Shown: one piece after another, positions 51,987-64,000 of the stretch
Numbering within the stretch: position 1 is the first letter of the stretch
Layout: every line of letters begins with the position of its first letter
Assembly (NCBI GenBank): GCA_964016885.1
Contig: OZ024741.1
Span: 358,856,001 to 358,920,000 of the forward strand
Direction of reading: 5' to 3'
From: Eledone cirrhosa
Lineage: Eukaryota
Length of the DNA: 64,000 bases
Notes under the pieces: generated by a model
The model's input: the letters and a program-made list of their open reading frames with translations, nothing else
Told to the model about the DNA's origin: nothing
Database searches by the model: none
Made by a program: the position numbers and the translations under genes

Positions 51987-53820
51987 TCCAGGGAATATAT
52001 ATACCGGTGTGATGTCACAGCTGGCAATAAAGAGTACTTATATATAGGTGCGACCTCCACTACGTTTAAGGAGCGCTGGTATAACCATAGAAGCTCTTTT
52101 AAACATAGGCTGAAACGATCCCAAACTAGACTGGCCGATTTGATCTGGGACCTCAAAGACAGGAACATCGAATTCCAGATCATATGGTCAGTCAAAAGAC
52201 GTGTGGCCCAACTCCCCAGTGACAGAAACCACTGCAGGTTATGTCTGGCCGAGGCGGCTGAGATAATTAAATTAAAATCTGCCATAAACTCTAAGTCGGA
52301 CACAATTATCAATTGTAGACACACCAGGTTGAACACCTTCTCTGCACAAACATTCGGCAGAGGGCCGCACACTAACCATGACTCAAGATAGTAATATCCA
52401 CCTTTGCCTTGACTCACCGTCCCTCATCTCAGTGCATTTGTTTTGTAACATGTAACCCTTTGTAAGTTCAAATTTTGTAAATATCATGTCGCATCCATCA
52501 CCCCCACCAAAAGACACATCGCCATACACCCCTCATTTTAGTACCATTGTGTTCTATCTGTCCTCTCTGTCAGGTTTTACCTTGTAAACCATAGTAGCAT
52601 CCGATCCTGTAAATATAATGTCGATCATATCACCCCATCGCTATATGTATACCATCCCTCATCCACAACCTTGTTTCCCCGTGTTCCCTGTCTTTTTTTA
52701 ACCTACAATCCTTCGTAAAATTCGAGCCTGTAAATATACTGTCGCACACACCACCATCACCACCACCAGATACAACTCCATACTTCAACAATCATTAACA
52801 TCACCAACACATATCATCCCTCCCTCTCAGAACCACTGTGTTATATCTGCCCTCTCTGTCAGGTTTTACCTTGTAAACCACCGTAAATTCAGATCATGTA
52901 AATATATTGTTGAACATATCACCCCATCGCCACCACCACCACACACACATCGCTATATGTTCACAACCTTGTTTTCCCCGTGTTCCCTATGTCACTTTTT
53001 AACCTGTAGCCCATCGTATAATTCGATCCTGTATATATTTTGTCACACACAACACCTCCATCGCCACCACAAGGCACATCTCCATACTTCAACAATCATT
53101 AACATCATTAACATCACCAACACATATCTTCCCTCCCTAAACAACTCAAGTGTGTGTGTCTGTGTGTAAGTATATTTATATGTACAACGCCATCTCCACT
53201 GGCTCTCCCCCTCCCTCTCTCTCTATGTACTATGCCATCTCCACTGACTCTCCCCCTCTCTATACACACACACATATATATATTTATATATATATATACA
53301 CGTGTATGTATACAAGGTTTTTGTCAGACTAAGTGTGTCTATGTATGTATCTCCTTATTGAATTTGACACCACCTACACATCCATCACCACCATAAACAC
53401 CATTACCATAAACAACAACACCACCACACCCACACCACACACAAAAATCCGCCACATATATATGCCAATCTGTCTACCGACCCACCCACACACACACACC
53501 ACCGCTCACCTCAGCCTGTGACGGTCACCACCATCTTATCATCACATCCACCCCCACATGCACTACAGGCAAAAACACCCCTATGAACTATTCCACCAAT
53601 CAAAACAAACTTTATTGACCAACATATGAACTTCTGACTTTATCATGTATTCATTTTCTACTAGCATTTCAAGGGGTCCGTCGAGCCGCAGATTACAGAG
53701 TCGGGTAAGATCGATACAGATCGAACCTTGAACTGATCAGTAACGAAACGTGCGTCACCAACCAATAAATGTAAGGAAGGAGTAACCAATCGTCCTTGTT
53801 ATCTTTTCACTATATATATA
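51987..53820 (+). mobile_element. Penelope-like element 3' part with an open GIY-YIG endonuclease (Naiad-like) and a long repetitive 3' region
   Basis: Open frame 51987-52391: YIYRCDV...YLYIGATSTTFKERWYNHRSSFK...LADLIWDLK...IIWSV...CRLCLAE...IN.KS....CRH. Followed by a ~290-bp duplication (52548-52830 / 52838-53140), cgaaacgtgcgtc, and AATAAA near 53765. Confidence 0.85.
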
Positions 53821-53920
53821 TGTTGCTAATCACTTTACTGTGTAGGCCGTCACAAACAGTCATAGCCGGCATGGACTGGAGTCGAATTCTGTCGATTGAT
53901 TGGTTATTGATTAGGCGATA

Positions 53921-54023
53921 CCTGCTGATGAAGCCACATGTGCCGATTATGCATAATATATGCAGACAGAGGGTGCGATGCACCCTACTGCTGCATTAAA
54001 TGTGGCCAAAACTCGAGTTCGGG
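53921..54023 (+). ncRNA. Hammerhead-like motif with a long branched stem II and a mutated core (GAAA>AAAA)
   Basis: cctg-CTGATGA-a-gccacat...atgtggc-c-AAAA-ctcgag-TT-cggg. Confidence 0.6.
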
Positions 54024-54587
54024 AACTATTTTAAGTACCCGTTTACATGTTGTATTGAAGCGAATAACTATGTGTATACTTTTGGAGTGTATGTTACATT
54101 ACCTATTGAGTACGCTGAGATGCAACCGGTCTAGCATTGATACATATGCTGGGTCCGTCAACTTATTATTATTATAATTATTATACATATATATATATAT
54201 ATGCTTCCTGGTGATTTCTAGTCCTGCAGAAGCCTTTTCTATATTAAATATTTATACTCTGCTTTGTATTGAGTACCTTACTTACTGTGGTTACCCCCGA
54301 TTGAAACCGGGATCAACTTATATATTATATATATATAATGAAAAACTGGAGTTAAAAACTTGTGTTAATACCCTGTAATTAGTGAACTCAAAGTATAAGA
54401 ACTGGGCTCTTTACAATATAGTATATAGAAATGAACTATATATATATATATTTAGAAATGAACTATATATATATATATATATATATTTAGAAATGAACTA
54501 TATATATATATATTTAGAAAGGAACTATATATATATATATATACAATGATATTAAATAAATGGATACTATATTTATAAAACCATATT

Positions 54588-54649
54588 TATTCTATTATAT
54601 ATATTTCAAGGGTACCAAAAACTTTGGTACGCTATCATCAGATAAAATA
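54588..54649 (-). ncRNA. Mirror copy of the 54781-54842 hammerhead motif
   Basis: Exact reverse complement of 54781-54842 in the left arm of the palindrome. Confidence 0.78.
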
Positions 54650-54780
54650 CAAAGTGTGTTTTATAAATTTTGACATAACCAAGGATAATATACCTTAACG
54701 GTTCAAGTTATCCTTGGATAACTTGAACCGTTAAGGTATATTCTCCTTGGTTATGTCAAATATTTATAAAACACACTTTG

Positions 54781-54842
54781 TATTTTATCTGATGATAGCG
54801 TACCAAAGTTTTTGGTACCCTTGAAATATATATAATAGAATA
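54781..54842 (+). ncRNA. Minimal type I hammerhead ribozyme motif
   Basis: tattttat-CTGATGA-tagcgtaccaaa-gtt-tttggtaccctt-GAAA-tatata-TA-atagaata. Confidence 0.82.
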
Positions 54843-54972
54843 AATATGGTTTTATAAATATAGTTTCCATTTATTTAATATTGTATATCATACTCCAGAA
54901 AATCTGTTGAGTGCTCTGAATCAGTTATAAACATTTATATTTATATTACCAACAAATTGAATATCCCTTCTG

Positions 54973-55031
<59 letters not shown>

Positions 55032-56595
55032 ATCATGGACAGAAGAGAAGGGGGCCAGCAATGAACCATAATAAATACATTTATTTATAAATCATGCATA
55101 AATCTCATATAGAAATCATATACTGATCATTCATCGTCACACTTTGAAATTAATTTTGTGATCTATTATAACTTATTAAAGGTTTCTAAATGTTAAACAA
55201 GACATCACTACCGCCTATAGTTAGTTAGTACAGTAGAACCTATAACTGTTAGTAAGTTACTCATGTCATTTTTTACTAACTAATAACAACAATTAGTAAC
55301 ATTCCAAAGCTGTTAGAACCTTTTTATTTTTTTGTTCCTTTTTATCATTTTTCTTTTACTTTAACCTTTTTGATGCCAAGCCGTCCAAAACCCTCTCTGG
55401 TTCTATGAAACAAAACCAATATTTTAATGAATTCTTGTTTAAATTAAAACATATCGACATAATTTCATATAAGAATCTTTTGTTAAATTGTTACAAATAC
55501 CACCTTAACCCTTTAAACCGGCCATATCTGGCGAGATTCTCTCACCTCTTTCTGTACAAACCAGCTGAAACCAATCACTCATACCGATGTTTAGGTATTG
55601 TTCTCAAAATAAATAATATCAAAATCTCATAGATTCGATATTAGGTGAGATAATTATGTGAGGTAAAGTCTTTATTGTAATAATACAATAGTAAATATAG
55701 AGTAATGAAATGCTAAAGGGTTAATAATACTTTCTAATTTCGGGAAGGGCAAGTTGATTATATTAATCCCTGTGCTTGATTGGTACTATATTTTATTGAC
55801 CAGGAAAGAATTAAAGGCAAAGTTAACCTCAGAAGATAAATACCAAAAACAAATACTGCAAAGCATTTTGTCCAACACTCTAATGATTCTGCTTCCCACT
55901 TACTTTCAAACCACCTTAATAATGGGATATTAAATAATTGTTTCTACTTTAGGCACAAGGCCAGCAATTACCCAGTACATTACTGGTACTTTATTTTATC
56001 GACCCCGTAAGGATGAAAGGTAAAGTTAACCTCGACGGGATTTGAACGCAGACCACAAAGAGACGTAACTATGCTAGAAAGCATGACGTCCAACCCTCTA
56101 CTGATACTGCCAATTCACCGCCTTTGGATATTAAATAATGTTAATATATCCCTCAATATTCTACATTAATTTAATGAAACTCGGTGTATTTCATTAGAAA
56201 TATAGTCATGAAAGGGTTAAGAGGTTCCGTTTTAAATCATTCCAGTATAATGTTTATATAGGAACCATTTGTTAACCCTTTTGAAACCAAACCATGTGAA
56301 ACCACTCCTGATTCTATGATACTAAGCTGTTTATTTTAGAGTGTTTACATTTATATATTTATCTAAAAAATTTCCATCATAATTTTATGTAAGAATGTTC
56401 ATTGTTATATTTCAAACACTGCCTCAATAATTTTAATAAATCCCTCCAAATTTTCTATTAATTAAATGAAATACAGTGTATACCAATAGAAATATAGTAA
56501 CAAAAAGAGCTAACTCTTTCATGACTATATTTCTAATGAAATACTCAATATTTCAATTATTTAATGAAGAATTTTGAGAGATATACTAAAATTAT

Positions 56596-56959
56596 TAATT
56601 ATTTCATTACTACGATAATAACTTAACATATGGTTATTTTATAAAATTATGTTGCAAGATTTTAATTTAAATAGGAGCCCTTTAAAATGGATGGTTTTGT
56701 TTCATAGAACCTGAACCAGATATGGCCAAGTTGGTATAGAAAGGGTTAAACTAAAAAAGCTCTGACATGATAGGTATAATTATTTCATTACTACGATAAT
56801 AACTTAACATATGGTTATTTTATAAAATTATGTTGCAAGATTTTAATTTAAATAGGAGCCCTTTAAAATGGATGGTTTTGTTTCATAGAACCTGAACCAG
56901 ATATGGCCAAGTTGGTATAGAAAGGGTTAAACTAAAAAAGCTCTGACATGATAGGTATA
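56596..56959 (+). repeat. Apparently exact 181-bp tandem duplication
   Basis: taattatttcattactacg...gacatgataggta starts at 56596 and again at 56777. Confidence 0.95.
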
Positions 56960-57306
56960 AATGCTGCTGCAGCAAAAAGACATGCAGAAGGAAAAATATC
57001 TAAGATTTATTATTTGGAGCAAAAACTACTGAAAATTCTAATAATATTCAGTATAAATATTTGACACCATAAAATGTCAAACATTATTGTCAGCTTGAAT
57101 GACAACTTCAAAGTTCAGTCAATCATATGTATATATACTAATATATGTGTGCTAGAGAGAGAGGCAAGTTATTGCTTCAAGTTATTGCTCCATCTTCCAA
57201 ATATGGTCACTTCATGTCTTGCATCTTCTCATACGGTCATTTTTTTCTCTATGGGGAAAAAAAATATAAAAAAAATAAATATTCCATTAAATTGTTCATA
57301 CTGGAG

Positions 57307-57374
<68 letters not shown>

Positions 57375-57534
57375 TATACATATATATATATAATATATTT
57401 ATATGTAATACATATGTGTATAAACTACACCATAGTTTGTTGGTTGCAGGGCTAAAATACAAAACTGATAATCAACTAACATTGATATTAAAACTATATA
57501 TTACTGCCTCTCTGTTTTGTTCCCGTTCAATTTT

Positions 57535-57572
<38 letters not shown>

Positions 57573-57577
57573 AATGT

Positions 57578-57970
57578 TTAAGGCTAGGGCAATGCGAAAT
57601 AGTAAAATGAAGGCAACAAAAATGTTTGTAGCCTGGTATTTATTGTTATTGTTTGATTGTCTTTCTCATCCTAATATTTTGGGAGTTAGAAATATATATG
57701 GATATTGATGTCATCCTTTTGCATCCTGCTGATATTACAGCAAACATCAAAACACAATTCTTGAAAGCAGTTTCTAAATTGTAAATTTTAATCAAATTTT
57801 AAAGCAATAAAACTGGAACATTTTGCTCTGAGAGTTCCCCATACTGTGAAGAAAGGATTTTTAAGTCCCAAAATATTAAAATGAACCCCCCCACCCCCAC
57901 CCCCCAAAATACAGGTAAACTTTTTTCTTGCCTTCATTTTACTGTCCATTTTGCATTGTCTTAGCCTTCT
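57578..57970. repeat. Diverged element with ~65-bp inverted ends; homologous to 44948-45240
   Basis: aaggctagggcaatgcgaaatagtaaaatgaaggcaa ... ttgccttcattttactgtccattttgcattgtcttagcctt. Confidence 0.7.
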
Positions 57971-58030
57971 TAAACCAATCCTTTTCTACATTATATATAT
58001 GTATGTGTGTATATATATATAAATATATAT

Positions 58031-59240
58031 ATCATCATCATCATCATCATCGTTTAATGCCCACATTCCACGCTTGCATGGGTTTGGACGGGAGTTTTCC
58101 CACTTGAGGCAAGAGTGGTTGTCTTGCTCGCATAGGACTGTCTGGCGGGTTTTCTACAGCTGGATGCCCTTCCTAACACCAACCACATTTACAGTGTGGG
58201 ACTGGGAGGTTTTTACCGTGTTACCTACACGGCCACATTACAACGTGGACTGTGTGTTTTTTTTGTCGTGACACCTACACGACCTCATTTGTTTCGGCCT
58301 GGATGTTGTGGCACCAACATAACTTTACATTGAAAGGGGCGGTGTGGATGGGGTGGGGTTGGTGGGACTGGGGTGTATTTTGTTAGAGGTGCCTACTGAC
58401 TGTAGTAGGTTTTACTTAGTATTTAGGTAAGGCGGGTCTTCTCTATTACTGAGTACCGCCAAAGATCTCAGTCCAGTGACATTGTCTTGGAGAGGTGTAA
58501 GTGTGTGAGGTCGGAATTTATCAAGTCGTCCCAGGTTTTTCTGGGTCTACCTACTCCGTGGCTACCGTCTACCTTTATTGCCCTGCACTTTTTTATACAG
58601 CTGTCGTCTTTCATGCGCAACACGTGACCATACCAACGTAGCCTTCTCTCGAGTACATAACATCTGATCCCTCTTATTTCTAATTTTTCCTTTAGTTCGT
58701 TAATGCTTTGCCGTTCACGTATATTACTATTACACATCCAGCGGAGCATGCAAGCTTCGTTCCTCTCTAGTCTGCATATATCCTCTCCACACAATGCCCA
58801 GGTCTCACTGCCATGCAACATTGCTGTTCGTATGCAGGCATCATACAACCTGCCTTTCATTTTTAGGGAGAACCCTTTAGCGGCTAATAGTGGTATAAGC
58901 TCTCTGAACTTTTTCCATCCAGTTCTGACTCTAGCTACTGTACTTTCAGAGCACCCTCCCCCACTGCTGATTTTGTCACCCAGGTAACGGAAGCTGTCCA
59001 CTATTTCTATAGAACCCTCTGCGCAATTGAAAGAGCTAGTATTTTGTGGGCACTTGCTGCTACTTATTGCACCAGAGCACCGGCCACATGTAAAATCTAT
59101 GTTCTTAGTTAGCTTACCTGTGATCCCACTACATCTTTTATGCACCCATACTTTGCATTTGGGACATAAAATGGAGTTTCTACCTACGCCTTTCCTACAC
59201 ACTGAGCATGGCCATTTCCTGGAAGGGTCCGGCGCCTTAT
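58031..59240 (-). mobile_element. RTE LINE, 5'-truncated, second subfamily
   Basis: ORF 58468-59202 aligns along its length to the C-terminus of the 60.9-kb RTE; 3' UTR and (GAT)n tail present; both ends in (TA)n. Confidence 0.95.
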
Positions 59241-59243
59241 TTT

Positions 59244-59277
<34 letters not shown>

Positions 59278-60545
59278 CATATAATGTATAATCATAGTTA
59301 TCACTTTAAATCCGTTTTCAATACTGGCATGGGTTCAACAGGTTTTTCAACCAGAATCAGTGCTGATTCAGAGTTAATCTACCCTTCTAGACTCATCAGA
59401 TAACATCTCTTGCACATTCCATTTTTTGCAAAGTTTCTATTGCTGGATACTTTTCCTAACCCCCAAAACTTTACAGAATGTACAGGGTACATTATATTGT
59501 GGCACTATCACTAAAAGTATTGTCATGTCCCAAGTAAGTCTAATGAGAGCTTTCTACCATATCTTCCCAAATAGAAGGGACAAATTCAAAATGTAACTAA
59601 ATCATCTCAGAAACATTTAATTAGTTAGAAACTTATTTAACCCTTTTATTACCATATTTCTAATGAAAGGCACTGCCTATGGTTTTTAAAGCATTTTAAA
59701 AATAATGAAAACTTTGGAGGGATTTAGTAATATAACAAACATTTTCATTATTAATCTCATATTTTCGTTCCTTGTGGCCAATAAATGAAACCATTATTAA
59801 TTTCATGCACTGGGTAATTGCTGGCCTTGTGCCTAACGTAGAAACAATTATTAATTTCATGTCTGAAACATAACTTAACAAGTGTTCTTCAGCATGATAT
59901 TTCATTTCACATTACTTTTCATGAGAGGACTGGAGCCCTTGTCATTAAAACATCCAAGAAACCTCATATGAGATGCATCCCGGTAGGAGGCCAGCTACAT
60001 CAGCATAGAAGTGAACAGTAAATTTCATTCTATTTCATTTTCAAATAAGAAGTGTTGTTCAAGGATATAATTTGCCACCCCATCCAGGAACCAATCTGAC
60101 GATATTACAATCATGAGCCCATCACCCTAACCACTAGGCTGTGTACCTTCACATCTCAGGATTACCTTTTTTTTCTTTGTACCCCCTAAAGAGAACTACC
60201 CCAATATATATATATATATATATACATAGGAAGAGGACCCCCCTTCAGTCACAAATGACCATGGGATTTGCACCTACAAAGTTCTTCTCCGAGGCACAAG
60301 TCCAGGCAAGGTTATCTGTGGAAGGCCAGTAGTTGCCCATACATACCAGTCTCCCCTCTCCATGCCACTCATGTTGTGCAAGGGAAAGACAATGGATGAG
60401 AGAGTTTGGCACCAGTGACATCGCAACTCATTTTTATGTAAAAATAAAGTGTCTTGGTCAAGAACACAACACAAAGCTCGGGCCAAGAATCGAACTCACA
60501 ACCTCACGATTGTAAGCCCGATGCTCTAACCACTGAGCCATGCAG

Positions 60546-60565
60546 TATATATATATATGTATATA

Positions 60566-60598
<33 letters not shown>

Positions 60599-60649
60599 AT
60601 ATATATGTATATATGTATATATATATGTATATATGTATATATATATGTA

Positions 60650-60708
<59 letters not shown>

Positions 60709-60745
60709 ATATATATGTATATATGTATATATATATGTATATATG

Positions 60746-60804
<59 letters not shown>

Positions 60805-60821
60805 ATATATATGTATATATG

Positions 60822-60876
<55 letters not shown>

Positions 60877-60881
60877 ATATG

Positions 60882-60940
<59 letters not shown>
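60546..60940. repeat. (TA)n/(TATG)n microsatellite
   Basis: Direct reading; supplies the artefactual N-terminal ~128 aa of the 761-aa ORF. Confidence 0.97.
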
Positions 60941-63145
60941 GTTTTACAACGTGAGGACCAGAAACAGGAGGTATTCAAGATTGCGAGGCAGTGTGTCAGA
61001 GATAGTTGTGATGTCATTGGAGAGAAGTGTATCCGGAATGATAAAGGTGAGCTTGCCCTCACAAGTGCTGAGAAGAAAGATGCATGGAAGAGTCATTATG
61101 ATAGATTACTAAATGAGGAGAATGCATGGGAAGAAGAGACCCTACCCCACGTAGACCCTATAGAGGGACCAGCAGTACAAGTCAGCGGCAGCGTAGTAAG
61201 TAAGGCAATCAGAGATATGAAGATAGAGAAGGCAACCGGTCCATCGGGTATAGCTGCCGAGATGCTGAAGGCATCTGGGTCTGTAGGTCACACTATAACC
61301 ACACGTATCGTTAACCAGGTAATACTAGAGGGGGCCATACCAAAAGATTGGTGCAGTAGCATCATTGTCAACTGCTACAAAGGTAAAGGCGATGCACTAG
61401 ATAGAGGAAACTATAGAGGTATAAAGTTGATGGACCAGGTCATGAAAGTAACAGAAAGAGTTATAGCACAGCTGATTAGGGACCGGGTGAATATAGACGA
61501 GATGCAATTTGGGTTTGTACCAGGGAAAGGCACCACTGATGCCCTCTTCCTTGTGAGGCAATTACAGGAAAAGTACCTAGCTAAAAGTAAGCCACTCTAC
61601 TTGGCATTTGTCGACCTTGAGAAAGCCTTTGACAGAGTTCCACGTGCAGTAATCTGGTGGGCTCTTAGAAAACTAGGAGTAGATGAATGGCTTGTGAAAG
61701 CGGTACAAGCCATGTATAGGGGAGCAGTCAGCAAAGTTAGGATTGGCAATGAGTATAGCGAGGAATTTAGCGTACAGGTTGGGGTCCACCAGGGCTCTGT
61801 TCTTAGCCCTCTCCTGTTCATCATAGTCCTGCAGGCAATAACGGAGGAGTTTAAGACCGGATGCCCATGGGAACTCCTGTATGCTGATGACCTCGCACTC
61901 ACAGCTGAATCTATGGTAGAACTAGAGAATAAATTCCAAACCTGGAAGCAGGGACTAGAGAGAAAGGGCCTCAAAGTCAACATGACAAAGACTAAGGTCC
62001 TTGTAAGTAGACGAGAAAACAGAACCCAGATCCCCTCAGGGAAATGGCCTTGCTCAGTATGTAGGAAAGGTGTAGGTAGGAACTCCATTCTCTGCCCCAA
62101 ATGCAAACAATGGGTACACAAGAGATGTAGCGGGATCTCAGGAAGCTTAATTAAGAATGTAGGATTCACATGCAGCAGCTGTGCTGAAACAGCAAGCAAA
62201 CAGCCACAGGAAACAAGTACCACCAATCTCTGGGAGGCCCCTGTAGAAACAGTAGACAGCTTCTGCTACCTAGGTGACCGAATTAGCAACGGAGGTGGGT
62301 GCTCAGAAAGTACAATAACTAGGGTAAGAACGGGATGGAAGAAGTTTAGGGAACTACTACCACTGCTAGCTGCAAAAGGCTTCTCCCTCAGAATGAAAGG
62401 CAGACTGTATGATGCGTGTATCCGAACAGCGATGTTGCATGGTAGTGAGACCTGGGCGCTGAAGGTGAAAGACTTACGTAGATTAGAGAGAAACGAAGCC
62501 TGCATGCTCCGATGGATGTGTAACAGTAATATACGTGAACGACAAAGCATAAAGGAATTGAGAGAGAGACTGAGCATAAGAGGAATCAAATGCTGCGTGC
62601 AGGAGAGGCGGTTACGCTGGTATGGACATGTGATGCGTATGAAGGATGACAGCTGCATAAAAAGGTGCAGAGCACTAGAAGTTGATGGAAACCGCGGAGT
62701 GGGGAGACCCAAGATGACTTGGGATGAGGTGATAAAAGCCGACCTTACCCAACTACACCTCTCAAAGTCAATGACACACGACCGTGACTTCTGGCGTCAC
62801 GCAGTAATACAGGGTACCCGACCTCCCATGGGTACATGCTGAAGCATATAAACAAAATGCCCCCCTCCCCACCGCAAGGTGGTCGTGGAGGTGCCACGGC
62901 AAAAAAGCACCCAGCCCACACTGTAAAGTGGACGTGTAGGCGCCACGAAAAAGCACCCAGCACTCACTGTAAATGAGGTTGGTGTTAGGAAGGGCATCCA
63001 GCTGTAGAAATCAAGCCAGATCAGTTCCTGTATGAGCAAGGCATGGTCAGCCGACCAGACACTGCCCACAACAGGACAACCCGTCTAACCCATGCTAGCG
63101 TGGAAGAACGGACGTAAAACGGTGATGATGATGATGATGATGATG
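60941..63145 (+). mobile_element. Young RTE-clade LINE, 5'-truncated (no endonuclease), with an uninterrupted ~630-codon RT ORF
   Basis: [19 protein letters not shown]...[79 protein letters not shown]; stop at 62842; 3' UTR; (GAT)n tail. Confidence 0.97.
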
Positions 63146-63147
63146 TA

Positions 63148-63202
<55 letters not shown>

Positions 63203-63215
63203 TTATATATATGTA

Positions 63216-63264
<49 letters not shown>

Positions 63265-63273
63265 ATATGTAAA

Positions 63274-63304
<31 letters not shown>

Positions 63305-63468
63305 ATATATATATATATATGTATATGTATATATGTATTTCAGTTTAGTAGTCAGTTACAAATATTAAGCTCTAAGAAAATACTTCTGAGCATTACATTA
63401 CAATTTAAAAAATATATGATCAACACTACTGTGTTTTTTTTGCAAAATGACAATAAATTTTTTTTTTT

Positions 63469-63527
<59 letters not shown>

Positions 63528-63632
63528 GTATATATGTATATATATATATATATATATATGTATATGTATATATGTATATATATATATATGTATGTATATA
63601 TATATATATATAGATATATATATATATATATA

Positions 63633-64000
63633 GAGTAGATGAATGGCTTGTGAAAGCGGTACAAGCCATGTATTGGGGAGCAGTCAGCAAAGTTAGGATT
63701 AGCAATGAGTATAGCGAGGAATTTAGCGTACAGGTTGGGGTCCACCAGGGCTCTGTTCTTAGCCCTCTCCTGTTCATCATAGTCCTGCAGGCAATAACGG
63801 AGGAGTTTAAGACCGGATGCCCATGGGAACTCCTGTATGCTGATGACCTCGCACTCATAGCTGAATCTATGGTAGAACTAGAGAATAAATTCCAAACCTG
63901 GAAGCAGGGACTAGAAAGAAAGGGTCTCAAAGTCAACATGACAAAGACTAAAGTTCTTGTAAGTAGACGAGAAAACAGAACCCAGATCCCCTCAGGGAAA
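63633..64000 (+). mobile_element. Second, more truncated copy of the young RTE, running off the window
   Basis: Nearly identical to 61677-62044 with a handful of substitutions; begins directly after (TA)n. Confidence 0.95.

Larger units (their letters stand above)
54540..54888. repeat. ~350-bp fold-back palindrome with a 2-nt loop at 54714-54715
   Basis: ...ggttcaagttatcc-tt-ggataacttgaacc...; the arms match with few differences. Confidence 0.96.

Noticed and set aside
53675-53760. Hammerhead at the 3' end of the Naiad-like element
   Set aside because: The 3' half (cGAAAcgtgcgTC) is good, but no intact CTGANGA pairs with it; at most a relic.
60557-60940. N-terminal 128 aa of the 761-aa ORF as a real RT extension
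   Set aside because: Microsatellite sequence that happens to be in frame with a 5'-truncated LINE.

Overview
AT-rich eukaryotic animal DNA, not prokaryotic. An octopus or other coleoid cephalopod is my inference from the SINE/RTE repeat style and the large (TA)n/(TACA)n tracts. Most long ORFs in the track are microsatellite artefacts. One host gene is supported: five spliced minus-strand exons (41620 down to 35080) join in frame into the C-terminal GRAM domain of a GRAMD4-like protein. The rest is dense with transposons: decayed CRE-type RLE non-LTR elements, a Ty3/Gypsy gag-pol remnant and a solo LTR, a Helitron with both termini, RTE-clade LINEs (one with a ~630-codon open RT), RTE-X-like fragments, tRNA-derived SINEs, hAT, Tc1-mariner and TTAA-type MITEs, and many Penelope-like remnants. 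The most notable unannotated signal is a dispersed set of minimal hammerhead ribozyme motifs (three loci with an intact core, several decayed) associated with Penelope-like ends and long fold-back palindromes. Other highlights are a PHD-type finger inside the RTE reverse transcriptase and a twin-priming-type 5' inversion in a non-L1 LINE. All calls come from reading the sequence by eye; no searches or folding programs were run, and repeat boundaries are approximate.
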